From Polaribacter sp. (GTDB lineage: Bacteria > Bacteroidota > Bacteroidia > Flavobacteriales > Flavobacteriaceae): a DNA stretch of 64,000 nucleotides. The translations under genes and the position numbers were made by a program. A model generated the notes under the pieces. It saw only the letters and a list, made by a program, of their open reading frames with translations. It searched no databases and was not told the DNA's origin. Positions 27,180 through 38,195 of this stretch are shown here, in pieces (positions within the stretch are counted from its first letter, which is position 1; every line of letters begins with the position of its first letter). Location: assembly GCA_049889235.1 (NCBI GenBank), contig JBMHDU010000007.1, forward strand, positions 82,024 to 146,023. Reading direction: 5' to 3'.

Positions 27180-28637
27180 TTATTCTTTATCTTTTTTAGT
27201 CGATTTACCTTTTGCTTTCTTCACCTTGATTTCAGGTTTCGTAGGTATTCCTTGTTCGTCTCTTCTGATTTTATAAAACTCACCAGAAGATTTCAAAATC
27301 GTTTTTACCTCCGCTTGTGCAATTACCGGGAATGTTCTTGCGTACAATAAGAATAGTACAAAGAAGAATCCGATTGTACCAATAAAGATACCTACATCTA
27401 CAAACGTTGGCTCAAAACGCCACCAAGTTGATGGTAAGTGACCTTTACTCAATACAATTGCAATAATATCAAATCTCTCGAACCACATTCCAATGTTAAT
27501 CGCAATCGAAATGATGAAAGACCATACAAAGCTTCTTCTAATTTTCTTAATCCATAATAACTGTGGGATCGCGATGTTGAATAACAATAGCGAATAGAAT
27601 GCCCACCAATATGGACCAGTTGCCGCACCTACAGATAAGTAGGTATAATATTCATATGGAGAACCTGTATACCATGCAATGAAGAATTCAGTTGCATATG
27701 CCACAGCTACAATACCACCTGTTAAGATGATTACGATGTTCATGTACTCAATATGTAATCTTGTAATATAAGCCTCTAAGTTGGTTACTTTACGCATGAT
27801 ACCTAATAAGGTTTGTACCATTGCGAATCCAGAGAAAATAGCCCCTGCAACGAAATATGGAGGGAAGATTGTCGAGTGCCAACCTGGGTTAACTGATGTT
27901 GCGAAGTCAAACGATACGATGGTGTGTACCGAAAGTACTAATGGTGTAGCCAAACCAGCTAATACCAAAGATACTTCTTCAAAACGCTGCCAGTCTTTTG
28001 CTCTACCAGACCATCCAAAGGAAATTAATGAATAAATCTTCTTTTGGAAAGGCTTCACAGCTCTATCACGAATCATAGCGAAATCTGGTAATAAACCTGT
28101 CCACCAGAACACTAATGACACTGATAAATAGGTAGAGATCGCAAATACGTCCCATAAAAGTGGCGAGTTAAAGTTCACCCATAATGATCCGTACGTATTT
28201 GGAATTGGTAATACCCAGTATCCATTCCATGGACGCCCCATGTGGATGATTGGGAATAAACCAGCTTGGAATACTGCAAAGATGGTCATCGCTTCTGCAG
28301 AACGGTTAATCGCCATTCTCCATTTCTGACGGAATAACAATAATACGGCAGAGATTAACGTACCGGCATGACCAATACCTACCCACCATACGAAGTTGGT
28401 GATATCCCATGCCCAACCGATGTTTTTACTAAGACCCCAAACACCGATTCCTGTTCCAATCGTGTAAAAAATACAGCCAAATCCCCAAAGCATTGCTGCT
28501 AAAGAGATGTAAAAAGCTATATACCAATTCTTGTTGGCTTTTCCTTCGATTGGCTTTGCAATGTCTTCGGTAATATCGTGATACGTTTTATCACCTAATA
28601 CTAAAGGTTCCCTAATGGGTGCTTCGTAATGAGACAT
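27180..28637 (-). CDS. actC: Alternative complex III quinol-oxidising membrane subunit ActC (NrfD/PsrC family)
   Basis: 485 aa polytopic NrfD-like protein with a Lys-rich C-terminal tail. Confidence 0.9.
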   Translation of the reverse strand: MSHYEAPIREPLVLGDKTYHDITEDIAKPIEGKANKNWYIAFYISLAAMLWGFGCIFYTIGTGIGVWGLSKNIGWAWDITNFVWWVGIGHAGTLISAVLLLFRQKWRMAINRSAEAMTIFAVFQAGLFPIIHMGRPWNGYWVLPIPNTYGSLWVNFNSPLLWDVFAISTYLSVSLVFWWTGLLPDFAMIRDRAVKPFQKKIYSLISFGWSGRAKDWQRFEEVSLVLAGLATPLVLSVHTIVSFDFATSVNPGWHSTIFPPYFVAGAIFSGFAMVQTLLGIMRKVTNLEAYITRLHIEYMNIVIILTGGIVAVAYATEFFIAWYTGSPYEYYTYLSVGAATGPYWWAFYSLLLFNIAIPQLLWIKKIRRSFVWSFIISIAINIGMWFERFDIIAIVLSKGHLPSTWWRFEPTFVDVGIFIGTIGFFFVLFLLYARTFPVIAQAEVKTILKSSGEFYKIRRDEQGIPTKPEIKVKKAKGKSTKKDKE

Positions 28638-28657
28638 ATTCTATATCTTAATTTTAA

Positions 28658-31600
28658 TTACGCTTCGTTTGTATTTCTAACTTTCACTTGGTACACTACG
28701 TTTGGCTTGGTCTGTAAGTAATCCAATACACCATAAGCTCTCTTATCAGATACTAATGGAGTAACTGCATCCTCTTTATTGTTTACATCACCAAATACCA
28801 TTGCTCCTGTTGAACAAGCAGATGAACAAGCGGTTTCAAATTCGTTCGCTCTAACAGCTCTTCCTTCTTTTTTAGCTTTAAGAATCGTTGCTTGAGTTGA
28901 TTGTATACAGAATGAACATTTTTCCATAACACCTCTCGAACGCACCACAACATCTGGATTTAATACCATCTTACCGTAGTCGTTGTTCATGTTATAGTCA
29001 AACTCATCATTGTTTGAATAGTTGAACCAGTTGAAACGACGTACTCTATACGGACAGTTGTTTGCACAGTAACGTGTACCCACACATCTGTTATACGTCA
29101 TTTGGTTTTGACCTTGTCTACCATGAGTGGTTGCAGCAACCGGACATACCGTTTCACACGGTGCGTGGTTACAGTGCTGACACATCATTGGTTGGAAAGT
29201 CACTTCTGGATTTTCTGCTTCAGTTTCTAAAGCGCGATACATTTCAGCACGGCTTAATCCTTGCTCTTTTGCATCTTCTCTCGTTTCTACTTCAGAAGAA
29301 TAGTATCTATCGATACGTAACCAGTGCATATCTCTACCAATACGAACTTCTTTCTTACCAACAACAGGTACGTTGTTCTCTGCATGACATGCTACCACAC
29401 AAGCCCCACACCCTGTACAGGTATTTAAGTCGATTGATAATTTGAAATGATGACCCATTTCTCTGTTATGCTCATCCCATAAATCGATGGTATTTGCTTC
29501 TACTTCGTTGTGGTCATAAGACACATAAGCAGGCTTGTTCCATCCATGGTGATGATCTTTTGGATCAACAGTTAAGTATTCTTTTAAAGTAGTTACTTTT
29601 AAAATATCGTGGCGTCCAGCAATTGTTTTTTGTACCTGAGTACAAGCAAACTCATGCCATCCTGAAGTCTTTTCAATAGTTACGTCAAATTGCATGTTAT
29701 TGAAATCCTTGTATAAAGGATAAGCATTCACCCCAATTTGCATTTCTTCCTTTAATCCATGAGTTCTACCATATCCTAAAGACAATCCGATAGAACCTTT
29801 AGCCTGACCAGGCTGGATCATTACTGGTACATTTTCTAAAGTAACTCCGTTTACTTTAACAGTAGCGTAGTTTCCATCAATAGCACCGTTATCTCTTACT
29901 GGGTTTTTGAATCCTAATTCCTTAGCATCAGCCATTGAGATTGATAAGTAGTTATCCCAAGATGCTCTTGTAATTGGATCAGGGAATTCTTGTAACCAAG
30001 GGTTATTAGCTTGCTTACCATCACCTAAACCAGCAGTAGTATATAAGTTTAATTCATATTTCGAAGGTTTAACACTTGCTACTAAAGCTCCCGCAACTGA
30101 ATTCACATCAATCGTATTTGCTGATGGTGCAGAAGAAACAGATGCATTGAAGAATCCGTCGTGTAACACTTTATTCCAAGTTGTTCCAGAGATTACTTCA
30201 TCTGCCCAGTATGATTTTAAGTAATCATAGTAGCTCGTTGAACTTCCAGACCACTTTATTAATAAATCCTGCGCTTGCGCTGTATTAAATAATGGCTGAA
30301 TAGTAGGCTGCATTAACCCGTACTGACCTGCTTTAAATTGCGTATCTCCCCAAGACTCTAAGAAATGAGAAATAGGTAATGCATACTCCATAGCATCAAC
30401 TGTACTATTGAACTCCGTAGACATTGCTACTTTTAAAGATACCTTTTCTAATGCAGCAGCAAATTCAGCAGCATTTGGTAACGTATACGCTGGATCTACA
30501 TTTAATGTAACTAATCCGCCAACGTTTCCTGATTTCATATTCGCAACCAATTCACTTACTGCAGCGTCATTACCCTGACGGATGTGAATTGTATTTGCGG
30601 TATCGATAATTTCACTTTCCAATACATTATTGATTGCTAACGAAATTAATTGTGCGCTTTTATCGTTAATTCCAGTTAATACAACTGCTTTGTTTCCAGC
30701 TTTCTTTAATGCTTGTGCAGCTTTCTTAACATCAGCATCAACAGGAGTTGCTTTTGATGGAACACCTGCTCCGGTTAGAGCATTGTATAAGTTGATTAAA
30801 GCGAATACCTGATCAGAAGGCTTTACTACAACACGTTTATCGGCATTTGCACCGGTAATAGACATGTTGCTCTCAAACTGAACATGGTAAGACATATCAC
30901 CATTCTCTGGCTTTCTTCCTTCTGCGTAATCTACTTCGAATCCACCGTGGAAATCTCCTAAGAAATCAGCTCCGAAAGAGACGATCGTTTTCGCTTCACC
31001 TAATTTATAACTTGGTAAGGCACGTGAACCATACACTTCATTAAATGCTTCAACAGCTCCATACTCTGAAACCGCATCATACACAACGTGCTTTACATTT
31101 GGATAAGCTTTGATAAATTCACCAATGATTTTATCAGTAGAAGGACTCGCCATTGTTCCAGTTAATAGAACAACTTCTCTGTTCGCTTCTTTTAATTGAG
31201 CTAATGAAGTACCAATTTCTTTATGTGCTTCATCCCAAGTAATTTTATTTTTTCCTTTAGAAGGTTCTTTTAAACGTAACTTCTCATCGTATAATGATAA
31301 TACAGAAGCTTGAACACGCGCTGTAGTCGCACCCTTTGCTTCACGGTTAGGCATGATTTGAATTGGTCTACCTTCTCTGGTTTTTACTAAGATATTCGCA
31401 AAATCGTAACCATCTGCCATTGAAGTTGCATACCAATCAGCAACACCAGCAATGATGTCATTTGGTTTTACTACGTAAGGAATTGATTTGTTTACTGGTC
31501 CCTCACAAGCTGCAACAGTAGCTGCCGCTGTTGTGAAACCAATATATTTCAAGAAATCTCTACGAGTGGTAGAAGAACTTTCTAATGTTTCTTTATCTCC

Positions 31601-31714
31601 AAGGAATTCGTCGGTAGGAATCTCTTCAACAAACTCGTTGCCTGCAAGATTTTGAACAACCGCATCGTTTTCTAATTCCTGAACACTTTTCCAATATTTC
31701 TTATTTGAAGCCAT
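28658..31714 (-). CDS. actB: Alternative complex III subunit ActB (molybdopterin-oxidoreductase-like plus Fe-S domains)
   Basis: 1018 aa. Tat signal RRDFLKYIG, and a C-terminal 4Fe-4S cluster domain (CTGCGACVVACHAENN, CQHCNHAPC, CPYRVRRFNW). Confidence 0.9.
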   Translation of the reverse strand: MASNKKYWKSVQELENDAVVQNLAGNEFVEEIPTDEFLGDKETLESSSTTRRDFLKYIGFTTAAATVAACEGPVNKSIPYVVKPNDIIAGVADWYATSMADGYDFANILVKTREGRPIQIMPNREAKGATTARVQASVLSLYDEKLRLKEPSKGKNKITWDEAHKEIGTSLAQLKEANREVVLLTGTMASPSTDKIIGEFIKAYPNVKHVVYDAVSEYGAVEAFNEVYGSRALPSYKLGEAKTIVSFGADFLGDFHGGFEVDYAEGRKPENGDMSYHVQFESNMSITGANADKRVVVKPSDQVFALINLYNALTGAGVPSKATPVDADVKKAAQALKKAGNKAVVLTGINDKSAQLISLAINNVLESEIIDTANTIHIRQGNDAAVSELVANMKSGNVGGLVTLNVDPAYTLPNAAEFAAALEKVSLKVAMSTEFNSTVDAMEYALPISHFLESWGDTQFKAGQYGLMQPTIQPLFNTAQAQDLLIKWSGSSTSYYDYLKSYWADEVISGTTWNKVLHDGFFNASVSSAPSANTIDVNSVAGALVASVKPSKYELNLYTTAGLGDGKQANNPWLQEFPDPITRASWDNYLSISMADAKELGFKNPVRDNGAIDGNYATVKVNGVTLENVPVMIQPGQAKGSIGLSLGYGRTHGLKEEMQIGVNAYPLYKDFNNMQFDVTIEKTSGWHEFACTQVQKTIAGRHDILKVTTLKEYLTVDPKDHHHGWNKPAYVSYDHNEVEANTIDLWDEHNREMGHHFKLSIDLNTCTGCGACVVACHAENNVPVVGKKEVRIGRDMHWLRIDRYYSSEVETREDAKEQGLSRAEMYRALETEAENPEVTFQPMMCQHCNHAPCETVCPVAATTHGRQGQNQMTYNRCVGTRYCANNCPYRVRRFNWFNYSNNDEFDYNMNNDYGKMVLNPDVVVRSRGVMEKCSFCIQSTQATILKAKKEGRAVRANEFETACSSACSTGAMVFGDVNNKEDAVTPLVSDKRAYGVLDYLQTKPNVVYQVKVRNTNEA

Positions 31715-31765
31715 GTAATACTTTTCGTTTTTCGTTATCAGTAATGATCAAATAACTTTTTATGA

Positions 31766-33058
31766 TTAGTAGTGGCACTTACCACATTCCTTACCTCCTA
31801 ATTGAGCTATGGTTACTTCTTCTACGTTATACTTTTTCGCCAATTCTTCATGGATTTTCTTATAGTACTCATTTCCTTTAAGATCCACTTTCGTTTCTTT
31901 ATGACAGTCGATACACCATCCCATCGTTAATGGAGAGTATTGATACATCTCATCCATCTCTTCAACTGGACCATGACACTTCTGACATTTCAATCCGGCA
32001 ACAGTAACGTGTTGTGAGTGATTGAAATATGCGAAATCTGGCAAGTTATGGATACGAATCCATTTTACTGGTTTGGTTTTTCCAGTATACTCTAAGTTTT
32101 CAGCATCCCAACCAGCAGCATCATAAATCTTAGCGATTTCTTTATCTAACTCAGCTTTACCATACGTCACACCGTCCCACTCGATTTCTGTTCCTTCAGC
32201 AACCTCTGCAATATTCATGTGACAGTTCATACACACATTCACAGAAGGAATACCAGAATGCTTACTGTGTTTCGCAGATGAGTGACAGTATTGACAATCG
32301 ATTTTGTTTTCACCAGCGTGGATTTTGTGAGAGAACGCAATTGGCTGCAAAGGACTATAGCCTTTATCAACACCTACCTTGAATAATGTTCCGAAACCAA
32401 CATAAGCGGTTACTAAAAGTAACAAGATGGTTCCCATAACATGTAGGAAAGTATTTTGCCTGATACCAATCCATAGTTCTTCTAAATCTCTACGGATGTT
32501 CGACTGAACTTCTGGGGAAGTATTTCCTTTTAATTCATTTACTTGCTTCAACAAGCTTGCAATCATCAAGAACGCTACGATGATCGCCGCACACAAAATG
32601 TAAATCAGCCATTCTGGAGCACCTTGCTTTCCGCCTGTGGTAGCAGTAGTTGTTGCTTCAACTGCTGCCTTTTTGATTTCACCAACAGTAGTGTAATACA
32701 AAATGTCATCAATTTGCTGATCTGTCAATTGCGGGAAAGCAGTCATCGCAGATGGATGGTATTCTGCAGCTTCTCTCGCTTCAGCATTTACTTTTTGGAA
32801 CTCAGCATTGTTGCGAATCCAAGACTTCAACCAATCATTTTCTCTTCTAGTCTCAACACCAGCCAATGCAGGTCCAATTAACTTTGCATTCAATTTATGA
32901 CAAGAAGCACACAAGGACTTAAATAACTTTCGTCCTGCTTTTTGTCTGGTTTCATCAACATCTTGTGCCGATGCAACACTTAAATTAAAGATTAAAAGGA
33001 ATGTAAAACTTTGAAGTAAGTATGTTTTAATTTTACTGTGCAGAAAAACACTTTTCAT
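31766..33058 (-). CDS. actA: Alternative complex III multiheme cytochrome c subunit ActA with an N-terminal class I cytochrome c domain
   Basis: Six CxxCH motifs (CASCH, CQYCH, CMNCH, CQKCH, CIDCH, CGKCH). The signal peptide begins at MKSVFLHSKIK (ATG 33058). The track start at 33124 lies in the promoter box. Confidence 0.85.
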   Translation of the reverse strand: MKSVFLHSKIKTYLLQSFTFLLIFNLSVASAQDVDETRQKAGRKLFKSLCASCHKLNAKLIGPALAGVETRRENDWLKSWIRNNAEFQKVNAEAREAAEYHPSAMTAFPQLTDQQIDDILYYTTVGEIKKAAVEATTTATTGGKQGAPEWLIYILCAAIIVAFLMIASLLKQVNELKGNTSPEVQSNIRRDLEELWIGIRQNTFLHVMGTILLLLVTAYVGFGTLFKVGVDKGYSPLQPIAFSHKIHAGENKIDCQYCHSSAKHSKHSGIPSVNVCMNCHMNIAEVAEGTEIEWDGVTYGKAELDKEIAKIYDAAGWDAENLEYTGKTKPVKWIRIHNLPDFAYFNHSQHVTVAGLKCQKCHGPVEEMDEMYQYSPLTMGWCIDCHKETKVDLKGNEYYKKIHEELAKKYNVEEVTIAQLGGKECGKCHY

Positions 33059-33121
33059 ATTTACAATATCGTTTTTGTTTGCTTTGATTTTGCTACAAAT
33101 TTCTTGTCGTAACAAGTTGGG

Positions 33122-33129
33122 CAAAAATA
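33122..33129 (-). promoter_or_regulatory. -7 promoter box (TATTTTTG) for the act-cox operon
   Basis: Minus-strand TATTTTTG about 65 nt upstream of the actA ATG at 33058. Confidence 0.5.
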
Positions 33130-33252
33130 GTACATATGAATAAAATGACGACGGATTAAAAGCGCTTAAATTTTAATTTATAATTATTCTAAATAAGTAA
33201 ATTTTGGAGTAAAGTAAACGAGAAGTCGTTATTTTTACACACCCATAAAATT

Positions 33253-33627
33253 TTGATAATGAAGGTATTTAAATTTGTTGTATTCGCAGTTTTAGTTTTT
33301 GGTATGAGTCAAAACACGGTGGCTCAAACTGGAAAAACCAACAGTAGTGAGTCAATTAAAAATTTGATCTCTAAAAAGCGAGCATTCAATGCAAAATACG
33401 GTTATGGATTCCGAATTCAAATCTATTATGGCAATGAAACGGAGGCTAGAAAACTTAGAAATAGTTTTCGACGCAATTTCCCAAAAACCAAATCTTATTT
33501 AAAATACGAACAACCGTACTGGAAAGTATTGGTAGGAGACTACAAAAACAAATTACAAGCCGACCGAGCGTCGATCGACTTTTCTGAAAAATTTGCTGGT
33601 TTGATTATTGTTCCGCTCGGAAAATAA
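33253..33627 (+). CDS. SPOR domain-containing protein
   Basis: 124 aa with a signal peptide. SPOR-like repeat pattern (YGFRIQIYYG...YWKVLVGDYKNKLQADRA). Confidence 0.7.
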   Translation: MIMKVFKFVVFAVLVFGMSQNTVAQTGKTNSSESIKNLISKKRAFNAKYGYGFRIQIYYGNETEARKLRNSFRRNFPKTKSYLKYEQPYWKVLVGDYKNKLQADRASIDFSEKFAGLIIVPLGK

Positions 33628-33634
33628 AATCGAA

Positions 33635-36271
33635 TTACTTCAATTTCTTTTTAACGGCTACTTCTTGGTAAGCTTCTAACTGATCACCGATTTTAATATC
33701 GTTGTATCCTTTAATCTGAAGACCACAATCGTATCCTTTCGAAACTTCTTTTACATCGTCTTTGAAACGTTTTAAAGATGATAACTCACCATCGTGAACT
33801 ACGATTCCGTCTCTTACAATTCTCACTTTAGAATCTCTGTAAATCTTACCTGTCATCACCATACAACCTGCAATGTTTCCGACTTTAGAAATCTTATAAA
33901 CTTCTCTAATCTCTACATTACCAGTTACTTCCTCTCTCATTTCTGGAGACAACATACCTTCCATCGCGTCTTTCAGATCGTTGATGGCGTCGTAGATAAT
34001 CGAGTATGTTCTGATGTCCACTTCTTCTTTATCTGCAACGGTTCTCGCATTTCCTTGAGGTCTAACGTTGAATCCGACAATAATAGCATCTGAAGCAGTA
34101 GCAAGTAACACATCACTCTCTGTAATGGCACCTACTCCTTTATGTAAAATATTTACCTGGATCTCTTCTGTAGATAATTTCTGGAACGAATCTGTAAGTG
34201 CTTCAACAGAACCATCCACATCACCTTTTAAGATAATGTTCAATTCTTTAAAGTCTCCAAGTGCGATACGTCTACCAATTTCATCTAAGGTTAATGTTTT
34301 CTGCGTACGAACAGACTGCTCACGTTGCAATTGAGAGCGTTTTGCAGCAATTTGTTTTGCTTCACGTTCATCATCAAATACATTGAACTTATCACCTGCT
34401 TGTGGCGCCCCATCAAGACCTAAAATTGATACTGGCATTGACGGACCTGCTTTCTTCACTTTTTTACCTTTATCATCGAACATGGCTTTTACTTTACCAC
34501 TGTTCTTTCCGGCCAGCATATAATCACCAATGGCTAAGGTACCTGCCTGAACTAAAATCGTGGCTACATAACCTCTACCTTTATCCAACTGTGCTTCCAC
34601 TACAGTACCTAAGGCGTTCTTATCAGGATTCGCTTTTAATTCCAGAATTTCTGCTTCTAGTAATACCTTTTCAAGTAGTTCGTCAATTCCTTGACCAGTT
34701 TTTGCAGAAATATCTTGCGATTGGATGTTTCCACCCCATTCTTCAACCAATAAATTCATTCCAGAAAGTTGTGTTTTCACATTATCTGGATTTGCATTTG
34801 GTTTATCAATTTTGTTGATTGCAAATACAATTGGCACTCCTGCCGCTTGTGCATGCGAAATTGCCTCTTTTGTTTGTGGCATAACATCGTCATCCGCTGC
34901 CACAACAATAATAACTAAGTCGGTAACCTGAGCACCACGAGCACGCATGGCTGTAAAGGCCTCGTGACCTGGTGTATCTAAGAAGGTAATTTTTTGTTCA
35001 CCAACTTTTACTGAGTACGCTCCAATATGCTGAGTAATCCCTCCACTTTCACCTTCAACGATATTTGCATTTCGGATGTAATCCAGTAAGGAAGTTTTAC
35101 CGTGATCAACGTGACCCATTACCGTAACAATTGGCGCACGAGTTTCTAAATCTTCTGGTTTATCTTCAAACTCTTCAATGGATTCTTCAACTTCTGCACC
35201 CACGAATTCAACTTCGTAATTAAATTCTTCTGCAACAATCACTAAGGTTTCAGCATCTAATCGCTGGTTCATAGTCACCATCATTCCGAGAGACATACAA
35301 GCAGAAATAATGTCTGTAACAGCCACTTCCATCATTGTTGCCACCTCGCTAACGGTAACAAACTCTGTAACTTTTAAGATTTTGCTTTCCTCTTGAGCCG
35401 CTTGCATTTCTGCTTCAGACTGCTGACGGTGCGCATCTCTTTTCTCTCTTCTATATTTTGCTCCTTTTCCTTTACTTGATTTACCCTGAAGCTTTTCTAA
35501 AGTCTCACGAATCTGCTTTTGGATTTCTGCCTCTGTTGGTTCTTCTTTCTGGAACGCAGGTCTTTGCTGACCTCTACCTCTGTTATTGCCCTGGTTTCTT
35601 CGGTTGCCTTGTTGCCCCCCACCACCGTAAGGCTTTGTAATACGTTTACGTTTTTTGCGATTCTCCTTATTGGCGTCGTCTTTTTTATCCTCTTTTGGCT
35701 TTTTATTTGGTTTTTCGAATTGTTTCAGATCAATTTTCTTGTCTTTTACAATTTTAGGACCATCAAGCTTTTTATATTTGGTAGTAATAACGTCAGAATC
35801 AGTATCTTCTTTCTCTTCTTCTTTCGCAGGCTCTTCCTTAACCGGTTCTGATGCCTTTGGCTCTTCTTTTGCTTCCGGTTGTTCAGCAACTTTAGGTTCT
35901 TCTTTTTCTTTATCGCCATCTAAGTCAATCTTACCGACTGGCTTAAATTCAATTTTTTCACCTTTTGCCTTCAGAATTTCCTCCTTCTTCGCCTCCTCTT
36001 CTTTCTGCTTCTCTAATTTGGCTTCAAGTTCTAAACGCAGTGCTTCTTTCTCTTTTCTCTTTTCTTCACCTACTTCTTTAGACGCCGCTTTTTTGCTCGC
36101 ATCGGTTTCAAAGCCATCTAACAACACCTGATATTCCTCTTGGGAAATCTTAGTTGTTGGTCTAGCCTCAACTTGATAACCATTGTTCGCTAAGTGCTCA
36201 ACAGCTCTGTCTAATGAAATGTTTAACTCTCTTAGTACTTTGTTTAGCCTTAATGTTTTGCCTACAGCCAT
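33635..36271 (-). CDS. infB: Translation initiation factor IF-2
   Basis: 878 aa. K/E-rich N-terminal region, G-domain ([21 protein letters not shown]), and a conserved C-terminal domain. Confidence 0.95.
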   Translation of the reverse strand: MAVGKTLRLNKVLRELNISLDRAVEHLANNGYQVEARPTTKISQEEYQVLLDGFETDASKKAASKEVGEEKRKEKEALRLELEAKLEKQKEEEAKKEEILKAKGEKIEFKPVGKIDLDGDKEKEEPKVAEQPEAKEEPKASEPVKEEPAKEEEKEDTDSDVITTKYKKLDGPKIVKDKKIDLKQFEKPNKKPKEDKKDDANKENRKKRKRITKPYGGGGQQGNRRNQGNNRGRGQQRPAFQKEEPTEAEIQKQIRETLEKLQGKSSKGKGAKYRREKRDAHRQQSEAEMQAAQEESKILKVTEFVTVSEVATMMEVAVTDIISACMSLGMMVTMNQRLDAETLVIVAEEFNYEVEFVGAEVEESIEEFEDKPEDLETRAPIVTVMGHVDHGKTSLLDYIRNANIVEGESGGITQHIGAYSVKVGEQKITFLDTPGHEAFTAMRARGAQVTDLVIIVVAADDDVMPQTKEAISHAQAAGVPIVFAINKIDKPNANPDNVKTQLSGMNLLVEEWGGNIQSQDISAKTGQGIDELLEKVLLEAEILELKANPDKNALGTVVEAQLDKGRGYVATILVQAGTLAIGDYMLAGKNSGKVKAMFDDKGKKVKKAGPSMPVSILGLDGAPQAGDKFNVFDDEREAKQIAAKRSQLQREQSVRTQKTLTLDEIGRRIALGDFKELNIILKGDVDGSVEALTDSFQKLSTEEIQVNILHKGVGAITESDVLLATASDAIIVGFNVRPQGNARTVADKEEVDIRTYSIIYDAINDLKDAMEGMLSPEMREEVTGNVEIREVYKISKVGNIAGCMVMTGKIYRDSKVRIVRDGIVVHDGELSSLKRFKDDVKEVSKGYDCGLQIKGYNDIKIGDQLEAYQEVAVKKKLK

Positions 36272-36318
36272 ATATGTTTTTTACCTTAATACTTTTTTTA
36301 ATTTGAAGTTACATGGTT

Positions 36319-37575
36319 TTAATCTTCAAATTCTTCTTTTAAAATGCGCTGAACATCAATAATTGTTTCTTCTTCTAAATCGGTTCTTTTCACCAATTCT
36401 TCAACGCTAGTTTCCAATACGCTTCTCGCTGTATCTAAACCTATATTTTTGAATTCCTGGATGATCCAGCTTTCGATTTCATCTGTGAACTCTGTTAACT
36501 CTACATCTTCTTCTTCGATACCATCACGTTGTACGTCAATATCATAGCCTGTTAAATCACTCGCCAAACGGATGTTCACACCTCCACGACCAATCGCTTT
36601 AGAAACCTCTTCTGGTTTTAAAAGCACATTAACACGTCCTTTCTTACCTTTCTTAGGCTCCTCATACATCTCGATATCCATTGAAGTCACTTTAGCAGGA
36701 CTTAGCGCTCTCGCAATATACAATTGTTCGTTTTTAGTATAGTTGATTACGTCAATATTTTCATTTCCAAGTTCACGAACGATTCCGTGAATCCTTGATC
36801 CTTTCACACCAACACAAGCTCCAACCGGATCAATTCTATCATCGTAAGAATCAACCGCCACTTTCGCTTTTTCTCCTGGCACCCTTGCTACCCCTTCTAC
36901 AGTAATTAATCCGTCGAATACTTCAGGAATTTCTTGTTCAAACAATTTATTTAAAAATGCAGGCGCAGTTCTCGATAAAATAATAGAAGGTTTATTACCT
37001 CTTAATTCTACGGATTTAATCACACCTCTTACAGCATCACCTTTTCTAAAGAAATCTGAACGAATTTGCTCACTTTTTGGCAATAGAATTTCGTTTCCTT
37101 CATCATCTAACAATATAATTGCATTGTGACGCACGTGGTGTACTTCTGCACTGAACAACTCACCTTCTAAATCTTTGAATTGCTTGAATACATTTGTACT
37201 ATCGTGTTCATGGATTTTAGAAATCAAGTTCTGACGTAATGCCAAGATAGATCGTCTTCCCAAATCTCCTAGTTTCACCTCTTCAGAAACATCCTCTCCA
37301 ATTTCAAAATCAGGTTCAATTTTGATCGCCTCACTTAAGGCAATTTCTTCATTATCTTCTTCTACTTCACCATCGGCAACAACCACACGGTTTCTCCAGA
37401 TTTCTAAATCTCCTTTATCTGGGTTGATAATGATATCAAAATTGGCATCAGATCCAAACTTACGTTTTAGAGCAGCTCTCAACACTTCCTCTAAAATCGA
37501 CATTAACGTTACTCTGTCAATACTTTTGTTGTCTTTGAATTCTGAAAATGATTCAATTAATGCTAAATTTTCCAT
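36319..37575 (-). CDS. nusA: Transcription termination/antitermination factor NusA
   Basis: 418 aa with the N-terminal domain, S1 and KH1/KH2 (GACVGVKGSRI, AIGRGGVNIRLAS). Confidence 0.95.
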   Translation of the reverse strand: MENLALIESFSEFKDNKSIDRVTLMSILEEVLRAALKRKFGSDANFDIIINPDKGDLEIWRNRVVVADGEVEEDNEEIALSEAIKIEPDFEIGEDVSEEVKLGDLGRRSILALRQNLISKIHEHDSTNVFKQFKDLEGELFSAEVHHVRHNAIILLDDEGNEILLPKSEQIRSDFFRKGDAVRGVIKSVELRGNKPSIILSRTAPAFLNKLFEQEIPEVFDGLITVEGVARVPGEKAKVAVDSYDDRIDPVGACVGVKGSRIHGIVRELGNENIDVINYTKNEQLYIARALSPAKVTSMDIEMYEEPKKGKKGRVNVLLKPEEVSKAIGRGGVNIRLASDLTGYDIDVQRDGIEEEDVELTEFTDEIESWIIQEFKNIGLDTARSVLETSVEELVKRTDLEEETIIDVQRILKEEFED

Positions 37576-37583
37576 TGTTTACT

Positions 37584-38045
37584 TTAAAAAACGATCTTCA
37601 CTTTTGCTTCTATTATATCTTCGAATTTAATGTCGGCCTGATGGGTCACGGTGATTTTTCCTTTGCCTACAGGTTTCTTTTCTCGACTTTTCCATTCTAA
37701 GGAAATAGCTTCTTCGGTTACACTTTTCAATGTCCCTTCAAAACTATTATCTACTGTTTTAACCTTTAAGATCTTATCGATATTCTTTATATACTGTCTT
37801 TGAAACCTTAAGGGCTCTGCAATGTCTGGGGAGGTTACCTCCAAAGAAAAATCCTCTTCTTCACGATCGAGGTTATGTTCCACATTTCTGCTCACGCGAA
37901 TGCATTCGCTTAACGGAACTCCGTTATCTCCATCTATGGTCACCTTTATTTTGTTTGCGGATGAAATTGATAAGTCTATCAAAAACAAAGATGGATTTTC
38001 TTCTAACACCTCATTTACAAGTTTTTCAACTCTTTCCCTGTTCAT
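37584..38045 (-). CDS. rimP: Ribosome maturation factor RimP
   Basis: 153 aa in the conserved position upstream of nusA, with an LEVTSPDI-type motif. Confidence 0.9.
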   Translation of the reverse strand: MNRERVEKLVNEVLEENPSLFLIDLSISSANKIKVTIDGDNGVPLSECIRVSRNVEHNLDREEEDFSLEVTSPDIAEPLRFQRQYIKNIDKILKVKTVDNSFEGTLKSVTEEAISLEWKSREKKPVGKGKITVTHQADIKFEDIIEAKVKIVF

Positions 38046-38052
38046 TTTGAGT

Positions 38053-38077
38053 ATAAAAAGAGGGGACTCTCGTCCCC
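38053..38077 (-). terminator. Terminator-like hairpin inside the rimP-nusA-infB leader (candidate attenuator)
   Basis: Minus strand GGGGAC-GAGA-GTCCCC followed by TCTTTTTAT. It lies between the -7 box and the rimP ATG at 38045. Confidence 0.5.
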
Positions 38078-38099
38078 TTCATATCCTTTAAAATCGATG

Positions 38100-38107
38100 C
38101 AAATATA
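38100..38107 (-). promoter_or_regulatory. -7 promoter box (TATATTTG) for rimP-nusA-infB
   Basis: Minus-strand TATATTTG about 55 nt upstream of the rimP ATG. Confidence 0.5.
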
Positions 38108-38195
38108 CAAAATGAATCAAACTAAACAAACAAGCCTATATCATTTATTTTTATTATCTTAGTATATAACAAAGACCTATTAGAAACATATAATA

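Noticed and set aside
33059-33124. The ActA start at 33124 would add 22 residues (MPNLLRQEICSKIKANKNDIVN).
   Set aside because: That ATG lies within the predicted -7 promoter box (33122-33129). The signal peptide begins at ATG 33058.
35458-36131. A series of + strand ORFs (60-158 aa, Ser/Phe/Leu-rich) opposite infB.
   Set aside because: These are antisense shadows of the K/E-rich low-complexity region of IF-2 (GAA/AAA repeats read as TTC/TTT). They show no independent coding signal.
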